Shown one piece after another: positions 30,758 through 40,965 of a stretch of DNA of 64,000 bases. The DNA is taken from contig CADCDW010000003.1 of NCBI GenBank assembly GCA_902800325.1, positions 13,452-77,451 on the forward strand. The letters run 5' to 3'. Each line of letters begins with the position of its first letter. Within the stretch, counting starts at the first letter, position 1. Origin of the DNA: an uncultured Lachnospiraceae bacterium. GTDB lineage: Bacteria; Bacillota; Clostridia; Lachnospirales; Lachnospiraceae. The position numbers and the translations under genes are program-made. The notes beneath the pieces are model-generated. The model saw only the letters and a program-made list of their open reading frames with translations, had not been told where the DNA came from and searched no databases.

Positions 30758-30815
30758 CAAAAAAATCGCCCTTTCGTACTTGCCTTTCAAATAATACGGC
30801 ATATACAAAAGGGCG
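30758..30815 (-). terminator. Intrinsic terminator after flgE
   Basis: Minus strand CGCCCTTT...GAAAGGGCG imperfect long stem followed by ATTTTTTT. Confidence 0.65.
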
Positions 30816-30830
30816 TGATTATTATATTAA

Positions 30831-32237
30831 TTATCTCTTAAGATTTACCAATTCTTCAAGCAGCGAATCGGATGTTGTTATTATTCTTGAGTTAGCCTGG
30901 AAACCTCTTTGAGTTGTTATCATATCAGTAAATTCTGCTGACAAATCAACGTTTGACATTTCCAATACACCCTGAGTCATCTTACCGCCATTTTCATCGA
31001 CCGCAGAACCAATTCCGTCGAAATCACCGGAGTTCTGGGTGGTTTTATAAAGGCTGTCACCGATAGCCTCAAGACCCATAGGATTATCAAAGTTTGCAAC
31101 CGCAATCTGTCCCATAAGTTTTGTTTCACCATTACTGTAAACTCCAAAAATCTTACCTGAATTATCAATACTTACATCATTAAGCTTACCTGCAGCACGA
31201 CCGCCTCCGGTTGTATCCTGAGCCGCTCTGACCATTTTTGCCGATGATTTTCCTCCTGCTTCAAACATTGTAAGTGCTGAAAAATCTATAGTAATGCCTT
31301 CAACGTCTTCACCATTTACCTTCGCCGTAAATACATCTCCTCTGTCCGCTCCCTGTGGAGTTATCTTAAGGAGTGAATCCTTTTGTCCTGCACTTCCGGC
31401 ATATTCAAAAAGTCCTGAGTCAGGATCAAATTTAATCTGGATTGAATTTCCGCCACCAAGTGTTGCAGTATAACCGCCTTCAGTAACATTCGGAGTACTT
31501 GGATCGTCTGCCCCGAGGATATCAACGTTATTGGCATCCTTTATAGAATCAATTTCCAGATTATATAAGGACTTATCCGCCTGACCCGCATCCTGAGTCA
31601 TCTTAAATTTAACTGTATAGCTATAGCCAAGAGAATCATATATAGAAACCGATACCGTCTTGCCATCGGTTGATGTAAGTTCTGTATCCGTCATATCTAC
31701 ATTTCCCGTCATATGAGCGCTTGATGTCATCTCAGGTGAAGAAACCTTATTTTCTTCTGATTCGGGATAAAGAGCTGAAACTGTATCCTTTCTAATAACC
31801 GTTGGATTATCAGGGTCAACCTGCCAACCCATAACCTGATATCCATTACTTGTAACAAGACATCCTGCGGCATCTACTTCAAATGCACCAACCTTTGTAA
31901 AATAATTTACTCCACCACGGCTTACGATAAAGAAACTTGAGCTGTCAAGCATTAAATCGTATGGGTTATTGGTACTCTGTGCTGCACCAGTTTCAGTGAT
32001 TGAAGTTGAAATAGATGCCATCTTAGTACCAAGACCTATCTGAGATGCGTTTGTACCACCGGTATTGGTAGTTGCACCTGTAGCATTTGAAGTTGTTTGA
32101 TATAAAACATCTCTGAATAATACAGATGATGACTTAAATCCTATAGTATTTACGTTCGCTATATTGTTACCTATTACATCCATCTTTGTCTGGTGAGTCT
32201 TAAGACCTGCAACACCAGAATATAATGATCTCATCAT
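30831..32237 (-). CDS. flgE: Flagellar hook protein FlgE
   Basis: MMRSLYSGVAGLKTHQTKMDVIGNNIANVNTIGFK and LEMSNVDLSAEFTDMITTQRGFQANSRII axial termini; 468 aa. Confidence 0.93.
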   Translation of the reverse strand: MMRSLYSGVAGLKTHQTKMDVIGNNIANVNTIGFKSSSVLFRDVLYQTTSNATGATTNTGGTNASQIGLGTKMASISTSITETGAAQSTNNPYDLMLDSSSFFIVSRGGVNYFTKVGAFEVDAAGCLVTSNGYQVMGWQVDPDNPTVIRKDTVSALYPESEENKVSSPEMTSSAHMTGNVDMTDTELTSTDGKTVSVSIYDSLGYSYTVKFKMTQDAGQADKSLYNLEIDSIKDANNVDILGADDPSTPNVTEGGYTATLGGGNSIQIKFDPDSGLFEYAGSAGQKDSLLKITPQGADRGDVFTAKVNGEDVEGITIDFSALTMFEAGGKSSAKMVRAAQDTTGGGRAAGKLNDVSIDNSGKIFGVYSNGETKLMGQIAVANFDNPMGLEAIGDSLYKTTQNSGDFDGIGSAVDENGGKMTQGVLEMSNVDLSAEFTDMITTQRGFQANSRIITTSDSLLEELVNLKR

Positions 32238-32336
32238 AATTGTTTTCCTCCTGTTAACAATTCCCTTCTGTCATTCCGGGAAATAAAGCCTCCTTGCTAT
32301 CCGTTTCGGATGTCTCGGTCCGGCTTAATCAAAAAG

Positions 32337-32729
32337 TTACACTATTACTGCTCCATCAATATTGGTAAAGACATTGCTATCTTCATTTTGTTCCAAAGCT
32401 GTAACCACCATATTATTCTTTACATTTACTATAAATGCAAGATTATCCATCATAACAAGAGTCTCGTTTATACTCTTATCTCTTGCCTTTTCAACGCCTT
32501 CATTGAGTCTTATCTTCTGGTCATTTGAAAGAATAATATTTCTGCTTTCAAGTCTTTGGTTTGCGTGCTTTGAAAATTTAACATCATCAAAGCTTTCCGC
32601 TTTTTTTATTAAAATGTCCTGAAATGAATTTGTTTCGGTGGTTTTTTCATTATTAACGGCTTCCTTGCTATGAAGATATAAATCTTTCGCCTGTTCTATT
32701 GAAATGAGCCTTGAATTTAAACCTTCCAT
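32337..32729 (-). CDS. Flagellar operon protein (TIGR02530 type)
   Basis: VKFSKHANQRLESRNI...IVNVKNNMVVTA...FTNIDGAVIV; position between flgD and flgE. Confidence 0.88.
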   Translation of the reverse strand: MEGLNSRLISIEQAKDLYLHSKEAVNNEKTTETNSFQDILIKKAESFDDVKFSKHANQRLESRNIILSNDQKIRLNEGVEKARDKSINETLVMMDNLAFIVNVKNNMVVTALEQNEDSNVFTNIDGAVIV

Positions 32730-32767
32730 AATATCTCCACCTTATTTAATCTAATCGCTGTAACCAT

Positions 32768-33310
32768 CTATGTTTCTTCTGTTTTTGTCGCTCCACTCTC
32801 TGTTACATTTTCCGCAGCTGCATTTTCGTCTGAAGAATCGCCTGTATCATTTAAACCATCATTTGCATGTTCCTGAAGGAACATATAATAATCATAATCA
32901 ACAACAGAATCCAAATCACTTGCAGGATAATATGTATCATTTATGGATACCATAACCTCTCCATTTTTTACGGTAGCATATTGAACAAGCCCGCTTACCA
33001 TAGTCTCATTACCACTTGAATCGGTTGTGTTCATGATAACATACTGTCCAACAAGATTAAGACCGTTACTCTTATCAATCGCACCGCCAATATTCATTGT
33101 CGCTTCAAGAGATGAATACTGTGCCAACTGTGACATATACTCTGTGCTGTCACCCGGATTCATAGGATCCTGATATTTCATCTGTGTTACAAGAAGCTGT
33201 AAGAATGCATCTTTATCAAGATCAGAACCTGCTTTTGAATCTGTTTTTCCTGATGCATGATATGAAGATGACGCTGCCGCAACTCCACTTAACGCTGAAT
33301 CAATTGCCAT
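32768..33310 (-). CDS. flgD: Hook capping protein FlgD
   Basis: LDKDAFLQLLVTQMKYQDPMNPGDSTEYMSQLAQYSSLE. Confidence 0.96.
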   Translation of the reverse strand: MAIDSALSGVAAASSSYHASGKTDSKAGSDLDKDAFLQLLVTQMKYQDPMNPGDSTEYMSQLAQYSSLEATMNIGGAIDKSNGLNLVGQYVIMNTTDSSGNETMVSGLVQYATVKNGEVMVSINDTYYPASDLDSVVDYDYYMFLQEHANDGLNDTGDSSDENAAAENVTESGATKTEET

Positions 33311-33375
33311 ATTTTTTTCTCCTTTCTGTTATTTATTTTCAAGCCTTAAACGGGCTTATAATTAGTAATTAAGTG

Positions 33376-34872
33376 CTATATTGTATAGCTTACACTGTTA
33401 CCCTGTGCTCTCATCATCTCAGTTTCAAGCTGTTCTTCATCAGACGTATCATCCGGTATATCGCTTCCGGAATTAACTCTGATTTTTTTGCCATTTGATT
33501 GATTGCCGGAATTTTCATCAGGCATATCCTGTTCCTGTCCTTCAAAGAAGCCATGTGAAGCTATAGTAACTTCAACATCTTCAACCTTTAAATCCTGATT
33601 ATTAAGAGTTTCTCTCAAAGTAGCAATATTTTCCTCTATTGCATTTTTAGCTGCCTCGGTTTCTGCAACTATCTGAGCCTGCATAACACCATTCTTTGAA
33701 CTAACTGTAATCTGAACTCTTCCCAAGCTCTCAGGATTAAGTCTCATTTCAAGAGTTGTTACATCATTTGTCACATTGGCTTTTATCTCGTCCACAACCT
33801 GTCTGATTATATCCGCCTGAGAAACACCTTCCGTAAATCCGACCGTTTCATCGACACCATCCTGAACAATATTATTAATGGCATTATTCAGATTATTGAT
33901 TACACTTTGGTCTGTCGATTTAAAATCCTGTGATGAAGCGTTTTTATTATCACTATTTTCTTTATTAAAGACAATATCTGTATTAAAACCACTACTGATA
34001 TTATTATCGGCATTTTTTGGAATAAATGAACCTTCCGTTTCACCCTCGCCAACTGTAACAATTTCATCCTCACTATCAGATGAAGCAGCTATTTCATTAG
34101 CTTTGTCAAATAAATCTTTGATGTTAACAATATTTCCATCACCAAGATTAATATCCGCACTCTCCTCTTCCAAACCAATTAAGGAGGCTATATCAAGTGT
34201 TTCAAATGCCGCAATCGCTTCATTTATTTCAGAAGTTATATCATTTATAAGAGTTGCAAGCTGCTCGTCTATAAGTATATCAACCTCCGTTGCCCCCTCT
34301 TCAAAGAGGACAAATTCATTTACATTTTCAGTGTTGAATAAATCTGTATAATTCATATCAAGCACAGAAATCGCATCTCCGACTTCTTCATCACCTATAC
34401 CAAGTAAATCCTTAAGTATGTCCCGGACTTGATTGATAAGACCGGCAAGCTGTTCTGCCAAAGCTTCTGTTTTTTCTTCAACCGCATCAGCAGAACCCGA
34501 AACATCATTTACAGCTGTCTCTTTAACCTGATTAACATCAGTCGAATCATTTTTTGAAGAAATACCACTATCTGCCTTTTCCGTTTTAGCACCATCCCTG
34601 GTATTTATATTATTATCAGAATCTGTTTTAGCGTCAGCATCATAATTGCCATCTTTTACATTGTTTGAAGTATTATCAGTATTGGTGCTACTGCCGACTG
34701 ACAGATTTTCTGAAATCTTATTGTTTTCATCCTTGAAATTTCCGGAAGACATATTGATGAGACTTGAAAATGAATCTACAGCCCCTTCTTCCGCCTTAGA
34801 TTTTAGATTGTTTTTAGACTTTATACCGGAAGATAAATCAACCTGACTAATTCCATTTGTAGAAATCGCCAT
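33376..34872 (-). CDS. fliK: Hook-length control protein FliK
   Basis: Long acidic low-complexity N-terminus; C-terminal LEMRLNPESLGRVQI...AQIVAE domain. Confidence 0.9.
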   Translation of the reverse strand: MAISTNGISQVDLSSGIKSKNNLKSKAEEGAVDSFSSLINMSSGNFKDENNKISENLSVGSSTNTDNTSNNVKDGNYDADAKTDSDNNINTRDGAKTEKADSGISSKNDSTDVNQVKETAVNDVSGSADAVEEKTEALAEQLAGLINQVRDILKDLLGIGDEEVGDAISVLDMNYTDLFNTENVNEFVLFEEGATEVDILIDEQLATLINDITSEINEAIAAFETLDIASLIGLEEESADINLGDGNIVNIKDLFDKANEIAASSDSEDEIVTVGEGETEGSFIPKNADNNISSGFNTDIVFNKENSDNKNASSQDFKSTDQSVINNLNNAINNIVQDGVDETVGFTEGVSQADIIRQVVDEIKANVTNDVTTLEMRLNPESLGRVQITVSSKNGVMQAQIVAETEAAKNAIEENIATLRETLNNQDLKVEDVEVTIASHGFFEGQEQDMPDENSGNQSNGKKIRVNSGSDIPDDTSDEEQLETEMMRAQGNSVSYTI

Positions 34873-34899
34873 AAACTTTCTCCTTTCTGATATATTGAG

Positions 34900-35634
34900 T
34901 TAAGGTAATAACTTTTTTGTTATACTTGCCGCAAATTCAGGCTCCATAGCAGCAAGTACATCCGCCCTTTTTTCAGCACTCATATTGTTCATTATAAGTG
35001 CTACAGTGTCTAAATCATTTTTCATACTTTGCAATATATCAGCAGCATTTTTCGCTTTCATATTCTCATATGTTGACGCAAGTTCAAGTATTTCACTGTC
35101 TGCCTGCCTTGCCGAAATCATGCTTTCGTATATTTCTTCAGCACGTTCAGGACTGATTTCGTTATACCACTCAATATATGTATCGGCATCCGGAGCAGAA
35201 TCTCCATAGACTATTTCATCATAAAATTCATTTTTTTTCGCTTCAAAATCTTCCTGTTCCGTTTTATACACACTTAATTGATCCACTTCAGACTGTAATT
35301 CAGCCACTTTATCGTTTAATGCCAGTATCTCGGCATCCTTAGAATTAAGCTGTTCATCCATTACTTTAATCTGATCTAAAGCTTCCGAAAAATTATTGTA
35401 TGGATAATCACTTTCCTTTGCAATCTCCTCATCGGACGCATCCGGCAAAATCTTGTTGATAACAGGTACGTCTTTAAATACCGGTCTTAAAACCTCACTT
35501 CCAAAGCCCCCTACATCGCATTTTATCAAAAGTGCCATCAAAGTCAGAAACAGAAGTATAATAAGTATCATTATAACAATAGCTGACGCTCCTATTCCTT
35601 TTTTTCCTTCTTTATCTCTTTTTCCCTTAGCCAT
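34900..35634 (-). CDS. MotE/YlxF (FlbB)-like membrane-anchored flagellar protein
   Basis: TM helix, coiled coil, C-terminal YENMKAKNAADIL...MSAEKRADVLAAMEPEFAASIT (MgtE-N-like); position between fliJ and fliK. Confidence 0.75.
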   Translation of the reverse strand: MAKGKRDKEGKKGIGASAIVIMILIILLFLTLMALLIKCDVGGFGSEVLRPVFKDVPVINKILPDASDEEIAKESDYPYNNFSEALDQIKVMDEQLNSKDAEILALNDKVAELQSEVDQLSVYKTEQEDFEAKKNEFYDEIVYGDSAPDADTYIEWYNEISPERAEEIYESMISARQADSEILELASTYENMKAKNAADILQSMKNDLDTVALIMNNMSAEKRADVLAAMEPEFAASITKKLLP

Positions 35635-35636
35635 TT

Positions 35637-36098
35637 TTATTCCTCCACATCAGGTACTTTACTGTTAAACTGATAGCTTGCAACCTCATCCGTTTCCTTT
35701 CCTTCCTGTGCATTTAGTTCAGTTACAAACTCATCAAATTTTTGTTCTTTAAGCCTTTCATGCATCTTTCTTTCCTGCATAACCCGGTTTAACTTTTGCC
35801 TTGCTTTTTCAAGATCTTTGCTGGCTTTCTTTACACATTCTTCCTGTGCTTCTATAAGATCATCCATAACCTCCATGGCATTTTCGCACTCGGCAATTTC
35901 CAGCAGATCAAGCTTTCCACTCAAAGCCTCAAGATATATTTTATGATATTCTTCTTTTCTGTCATGTAAAGTTGCAAGCTTGTCCTCTTCAACATTTAAA
36001 GCGTGTCTTGCATTGGCATATTCCTGTTTTGCAGCTTCTTCAAGTTTAAGTTTTATATCAAGAATATTTTGCATACGGTATATAAATTTTGCCATCAT
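35637..36098 (-). CDS. fliJ: Flagellar export chaperone FliJ
   Basis: FIYRMQNILDIK, coiled coil, ERKMHERLKE...EGKETDE. Confidence 0.92.
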   Translation of the reverse strand: MMAKFIYRMQNILDIKLKLEEAAKQEYANARHALNVEEDKLATLHDRKEEYHKIYLEALSGKLDLLEIAECENAMEVMDDLIEAQEECVKKASKDLEKARQKLNRVMQERKMHERLKEQKFDEFVTELNAQEGKETDEVASYQFNSKVPDVEE

Positions 36099-36161
36099 GC
36101 CTCCTTATTATACAAAGCAGCCGGACACTGTATCTTTATCAACTATGCCAAATGATAAATA

Positions 36162-37484
36162 TTATTCAAATATTTCATTCAACATTTTTAATTCATCATC
36201 AATCAAAAATTTAGTATCAACATCCTGCGTCAGGAACTGATTAACTTTTTTTATCTTAGTAATAGCATAATCTATATCGGGATTAGATCCGGATCTATAT
36301 GCACCGATATTAATCAAATCCTCTGCATCATTATAAGTAGCAAGTACATTCTTGAGCTTACCTGCAGCAGCCTTGTGCTCTTTCGTTGCTATCGCACTCA
36401 TACAACGTGATATACTTGCAAGTATATCAATTGCAGGATAATGATTTTTATGACCAAGTTTTCTTGAAAGAACTATATGTCCGTCCAAAATACCCCTGGC
36501 AGTATCAGTTATAGGTTCATTAAAATCATCACCATCAACAAGTACTGTATAAAGTCCGGTTATTGAACCCTTAAATGTATTACCGGCTCTTTCTAATACT
36601 TTTGGAAGTTCCGAATAAACCGACGGCGGATATCCTCTGGTAACAGGTGGCTCTCCCGAAGCAAGTCCTATTTCTCGTTGAGCCATTGAAAAACGTGTAA
36701 GCGAATCCATCATCAAAAGTACATCTTTTCCCTGATCCCTAAAATATTCAGCAATTGCAGTAGCCGTTTTGGCCGCTTTATTTCGTATAAGAGCCGGCTT
36801 ATCAGACGTTGCTATAACAAGCACCGATCTTTTCAAGCCTTCTTCTCCAAGATCCCGCTCTATAAATTCGCCAACCTCTCTTCCTCGCTCTCCTATAAGC
36901 GCTATGACATTTATATCTGCTCTGGTATTTCTCGCAAACATACCAAGAAGTGTGCTCTTTCCGACACCACTACCGGCAAATATCCCAACTCTTTGCCCTT
37001 TTCCTATGGTAAGAAGCCCATCAACAGCCTTTACACCCAAAGGAAGAACTTCAGATATAAGTTTTCTTTGCAGAGGATCGGGTGGAGAATTATCTATCGG
37101 ATATTCCTCTTCAAACTCCAAATCACTTCCGTCCATAGGTCTGCCTATTCCATCAAGCACCTTACCTAAAAGCTGTGGTCCAACCTTTACAGTAAGCACA
37201 TCGCCTGTATTTTTTACTGTTGCGCCAAGTCCAATTCCGTCAACGACATCAAAAGGCATAAGTAATACCTTATTGTCCCTGAATCCAACAACCTCAGCCA
37301 TAACTCTGTTGGTTCCATCCTTCGAAATAACTTCGCACAAATCGTTCAACTTGCAAGGCGGTCCAAAAGATTCCATGGTAAGACCTACAATCTTGCTGAC
37401 CTTGCCAAAGCTCATCACATAGTCCCTGTCAAGCAAACTGTAATATTTTTGTATATTAAATTCATGTCTAAATTCTTCACTCAT
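36162..37484 (-). CDS. fliI: Flagellar export ATPase FliI
   Basis: GIFAGSGVGKSTLLGM, ALIGERGREV, MDSLTRF, LDGHIVLSR. Confidence 0.98.
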   Translation of the reverse strand: MSEEFRHEFNIQKYYSLLDRDYVMSFGKVSKIVGLTMESFGPPCKLNDLCEVISKDGTNRVMAEVVGFRDNKVLLMPFDVVDGIGLGATVKNTGDVLTVKVGPQLLGKVLDGIGRPMDGSDLEFEEEYPIDNSPPDPLQRKLISEVLPLGVKAVDGLLTIGKGQRVGIFAGSGVGKSTLLGMFARNTRADINVIALIGERGREVGEFIERDLGEEGLKRSVLVIATSDKPALIRNKAAKTATAIAEYFRDQGKDVLLMMDSLTRFSMAQREIGLASGEPPVTRGYPPSVYSELPKVLERAGNTFKGSITGLYTVLVDGDDFNEPITDTARGILDGHIVLSRKLGHKNHYPAIDILASISRCMSAIATKEHKAAAGKLKNVLATYNDAEDLINIGAYRSGSNPDIDYAITKIKKVNQFLTQDVDTKFLIDDELKMLNEIFE

Positions 37485-37512
37485 ATAGCATCTTCTCTTA
37501 TATTATTATTTT

Positions 37513-37537
37513 AAAAAGCCCCGATTAAAAACCGGGG
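37513..37537 (-). terminator. Terminator-like hairpin between fliH and fliI
   Basis: Minus strand CCCCGGTT-TTT-AATCGGGG followed by CTTTTT. Confidence 0.5.
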
Positions 37538-37553
37538 ATTTATATTAGCTTTC

Positions 37554-38327
37554 TTAAGACAACATCTTAAATGCAGTAATAAGATTTTGTATCTGAATAT
37601 CCATAGACAAGTTGATTATACCATTGTCAGTTTCAATAATGCACTGTCCTCTTTCAAGTTTTGGATCAGCAAATACATCAATGGTAATATTGGGATTAGC
37701 TGCACCTACGATTCTTTCGCTGTTATCAGATACATATGTATAGCTTTCCTCACATACCTTTATGGTATATTTTGACGTAGATTCAACATCATTCAAAGCA
37801 TTATTTATCATATTGAGCATAACAGGTTTATAATCATCCACAACAATTCCTGATATTTTTTTTATCAAATCACATGTAAGATTAATAAGTTTTTTCTCTG
37901 CATCATCAAGGTATGCTTCATTTTTTGCCAGCATTCTTGACTTTGCTTCTTCCTGCTCATTTTTTATATTGACAAGGTACTCGTCAGCCCTTTTCATAGC
38001 TTCCATATTGCCATCTTCAAGACCATGCTCATAGCCTTCCTTATATGCATTTTCTTTTATGGATTCAGCTTCCTGCCATGCTTCTTCAATTATTTTGTTG
38101 GCCTTGGATCTGGCATCATCTCTTAGCTCCTTGGCCTTGTCCATTGCATCATCCAATAGAGCCTGATTTTCAGGAGTTCTGTATTCTTCAGGCGCACTTG
38201 TATCAGCTTCTTCAAAAGTTTCCGCTTCTTTGGGTGCGCCCCCTATAATCCTTGTATTGGCATCTATGACAAAAGGGGTGGCATCGGAGCCAAGATTAAC
38301 AAATCCTGATTTAAAAAGACTAGACAA
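37554..38327 (-). CDS. fliH: Flagellar assembly protein FliH
   Basis: AYKEGYEHGLEDG GxxxG repeats, GQCIIETDNGIINLS; position between fliG and fliI. Confidence 0.9.
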   Translation of the reverse strand: MSSLFKSGFVNLGSDATPFVIDANTRIIGGAPKEAETFEEADTSAPEEYRTPENQALLDDAMDKAKELRDDARSKANKIIEEAWQEAESIKENAYKEGYEHGLEDGNMEAMKRADEYLVNIKNEQEEAKSRMLAKNEAYLDDAEKKLINLTCDLIKKISGIVVDDYKPVMLNMINNALNDVESTSKYTIKVCEESYTYVSDNSERIVGAANPNITIDVFADPKLERGQCIIETDNGIINLSMDIQIQNLITAFKMLS

Positions 38328-39336
38328 TTATCTCGTCACCTCCACCACGCGAAATAACGATTTCGCCCGAATCTTCGAGTTTTCTAATAATATTAACAAT
38401 CTTTTGCTGTGCATCTTCTACGTCCTTAAGACGTACAGGTCCCATAAATTCCATATCCTCTTTTATCATTGATGCAAGACGCGATGACAGGTTGTCAAAT
38501 ATAACTTTCTGTACATCTTCATTTGCATTTTTAAGAGCGATAGCAAGTTCGTTATTGTCAACCTCACGAAGCACTGTCTGGATAGCTCTGTTATCAAGAG
38601 TAAGAATATCCTCAAATACAAACATTCTTCTTCTGATTTCATCCGCAAGCTCCGGATCTTCAACCTCAAGAGTTTCCATGATATGCTTTTCTGTACTTCT
38701 GTCTACAGTATTAAGTATATTAACAATAGATTCAACACCACCAACAATGGTATAATCCTGATTTACAAGCGAAGAAAGTTTCTTTTCAAGCACTGCCTCA
38801 ACCTCTTTAATTACATCCGGGCTTGTTCTGTCCATAACCGCAATTCTCTTTGCTACATCAGCCTGTTTTTCAGGAGGAAGCGCACTGACAACCGCCGCAG
38901 ATTGTGCAGGAGAAAGATATGCGAGTATAAGTGCTATAGTCTGAGGATGCTCATCCTGTATAAAGTTAAGAAGCTGTGAAGCATCTGTCTTTCTGACAAA
39001 CTCAAACGGCCTTACCTGAAGAGACGCCGTAAGTTTACCGATAACAGTCTTGGCTCTGTCCTCTCCAAGTGCAGCATCAAGAAGCTGCTTGGCATAAGCT
39101 ATACCACCCTCTGCGATATACTGCTGTGCAAGACAGATTTCATAGAATTCATCCATTACCATCTCTTTTACATCAGCAGGAACACTTCTTGTATTGGCAA
39201 TTTCCAGGGTAAGCTGTTCTATCTCTTCATCTTTAAGATGTTTAAAAACCTGCGCTGAACGCTCCGGTCCAAGAGCTATAAGTAAAACGGCAGCTTTTTG
39301 AACGCCGGATATATCTTCTATTGATTTGACTGCCAT
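38320..39336 (-). CDS. fliG: Flagellar motor switch protein FliG
   Basis: KAAVLLIALG, EHPQTIALIL, MFVFEDI, GPVRLKDVEDAQ. Confidence 0.98.
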   Translation of the reverse strand: MAVKSIEDISGVQKAAVLLIALGPERSAQVFKHLKDEEIEQLTLEIANTRSVPADVKEMVMDEFYEICLAQQYIAEGGIAYAKQLLDAALGEDRAKTVIGKLTASLQVRPFEFVRKTDASQLLNFIQDEHPQTIALILAYLSPAQSAAVVSALPPEKQADVAKRIAVMDRTSPDVIKEVEAVLEKKLSSLVNQDYTIVGGVESIVNILNTVDRSTEKHIMETLEVEDPELADEIRRRMFVFEDILTLDNRAIQTVLREVDNNELAIALKNANEDVQKVIFDNLSSRLASMIKEDMEFMGPVRLKDVEDAQQKIVNIIRKLEDSGEIVISRGGGDEIIV

Positions 39337-39342
39337 TTATCA

Positions 39343-40944
39343 TCACTCCCATTCATCATTTAACCAGTTTCTAAGTAACAATGCAACTGCCTCAGGATTT
39401 TCATCGACAAACTTCTCAATTTGACTTTTGGAAGCCGAGCTTTCACCAAACTCGATATCGTCAAGCGTCTGATTTTCTTTTGTGGTAGCAAGAAGCGTTT
39501 CAACAGAAAGCTCCGGCTCAGTTTCTACAACTTCCTCCGCCTTCATGCTTCTAAATACCACAAACAGAAGCAATAAACCGATTATAACCGCAAGCACTAT
39601 TGAGAGAATACTTTGTACAGGAACCGATTTCTTTTCCTTAGGATAAAATATCGGAACCGTTCTTTCTATAACATATATATTAGCCTCTTTTATACCTGTA
39701 CCCTTTGATAACAGCGATATTATCTCAGGCGGATTGAGGTTTTCGACCGGTTCGGAATTTGCCTGCTTATACTCTGAGAAAGTCATATCTTCAAGCAAGC
39801 CCTGTTCTTCGAGTTCTTCCTCATTATACACAGCATATTTTGTAAGATATAACGAAAGACTTGAATTGGCAAGATCAACACTTCCTACAGGTTCAACCGT
39901 TTTTGTTTCTGTACTGCTTGTAGCATAAGTTTCTTTTATAAGCGTAAGTGTTGACTCTGAGTTTGCTTCATCCAAAAGATTGTAATCTGTTATCTCTTCA
40001 CCGTTAGCATCCGTACCGACTACGCCTCCGGTTCCATCAACATTTTCCGCAAGATAATAATAGTAAGACTCTTTAGGGCCTGTATCGTCGTCGGTATTTG
40101 TATAATATTCGATATTTCTTACTTCCTTATTGCTTATATTTATATCAAGATTTGAAGAAACGGAAACATCATCATAAACTCCCGAGTTAACCATAAGATT
40201 CCAAAGTTTACTATTATAATATTCTTCAACCTGCTGCTCTACAAGAAGTGTTGATGTAAGTGCTGATGAACTGTTAGCTCCCGAAAACAAAAGTGAGCCC
40301 TGTTTATCAATAATTGTAATATTGTTTGTATCATCATTACCTACACAGGTTCTGGCATACTCTGCTATACCCTGGACATTTTCAGCCTTAAAATTGCTGT
40401 TGGTTGTAATCATAATGCTAACAGACGTACTCTTTTCATTATTATAAATAGAGCTGTTTGTATCAGGCAAATCAATAGTTACAGATGCCGCAGACACACC
40501 TTCCATGCTCTTAATATCAGCTTCCATGTCAGCTTCAAGCTTTATCTTGGCTTTCAGCTTTCTTTCCGAATCAGTAGTACTGAAGCTGTTGTTTAAAAGC
40601 CAATCATTATCAACACTGCTCGCTGTTGCACTTATACCATTTTGTCCAAGTAAAAGTCTTGCCTCGGCAATCTGCTTTTCGTCAACATCTATACTCAAAG
40701 CATCATCAGAAACCCTATGCGTTATGCCATTTTCCTGCAAAAGGGCTTCAGCCTCGGCAGTTTGGGCAGAATTATCGAAAGTTGCAAGCCTTGTATATGA
40801 AGTTCTGTTTAAAATAGCAAAAAGAGCGACAAGGGTAATTATCACCGCTGCCACTACAGAAAAAAACAAAGCCTTCTGCCTAGCTGTGTATCTGTTCCAA
40901 AACTCTACTATTCTTGCAGGCAACTGCCTGAACCATTCTCTCAT
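39343..40944 (-). CDS. fliF: MS-ring protein FliF
   Basis: Two TM helices, EARLLLGQNG, FSTTDSE, C-terminal ENPEAVALLLRNWL. Confidence 0.93.
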   Translation of the reverse strand: MREWFRQLPARIVEFWNRYTARQKALFFSVVAAVIITLVALFAILNRTSYTRLATFDNSAQTAEAEALLQENGITHRVSDDALSIDVDEKQIAEARLLLGQNGISATASSVDNDWLLNNSFSTTDSERKLKAKIKLEADMEADIKSMEGVSAASVTIDLPDTNSSIYNNEKSTSVSIMITTNSNFKAENVQGIAEYARTCVGNDDTNNITIIDKQGSLLFSGANSSSALTSTLLVEQQVEEYYNSKLWNLMVNSGVYDDVSVSSNLDINISNKEVRNIEYYTNTDDDTGPKESYYYYLAENVDGTGGVVGTDANGEEITDYNLLDEANSESTLTLIKETYATSSTETKTVEPVGSVDLANSSLSLYLTKYAVYNEEELEEQGLLEDMTFSEYKQANSEPVENLNPPEIISLLSKGTGIKEANIYVIERTVPIFYPKEKKSVPVQSILSIVLAVIIGLLLLFVVFRSMKAEEVVETEPELSVETLLATTKENQTLDDIEFGESSASKSQIEKFVDENPEAVALLLRNWLNDEWE

Positions 40945-40965
40945 AAGTGCCTCCGTAAATCAGTG

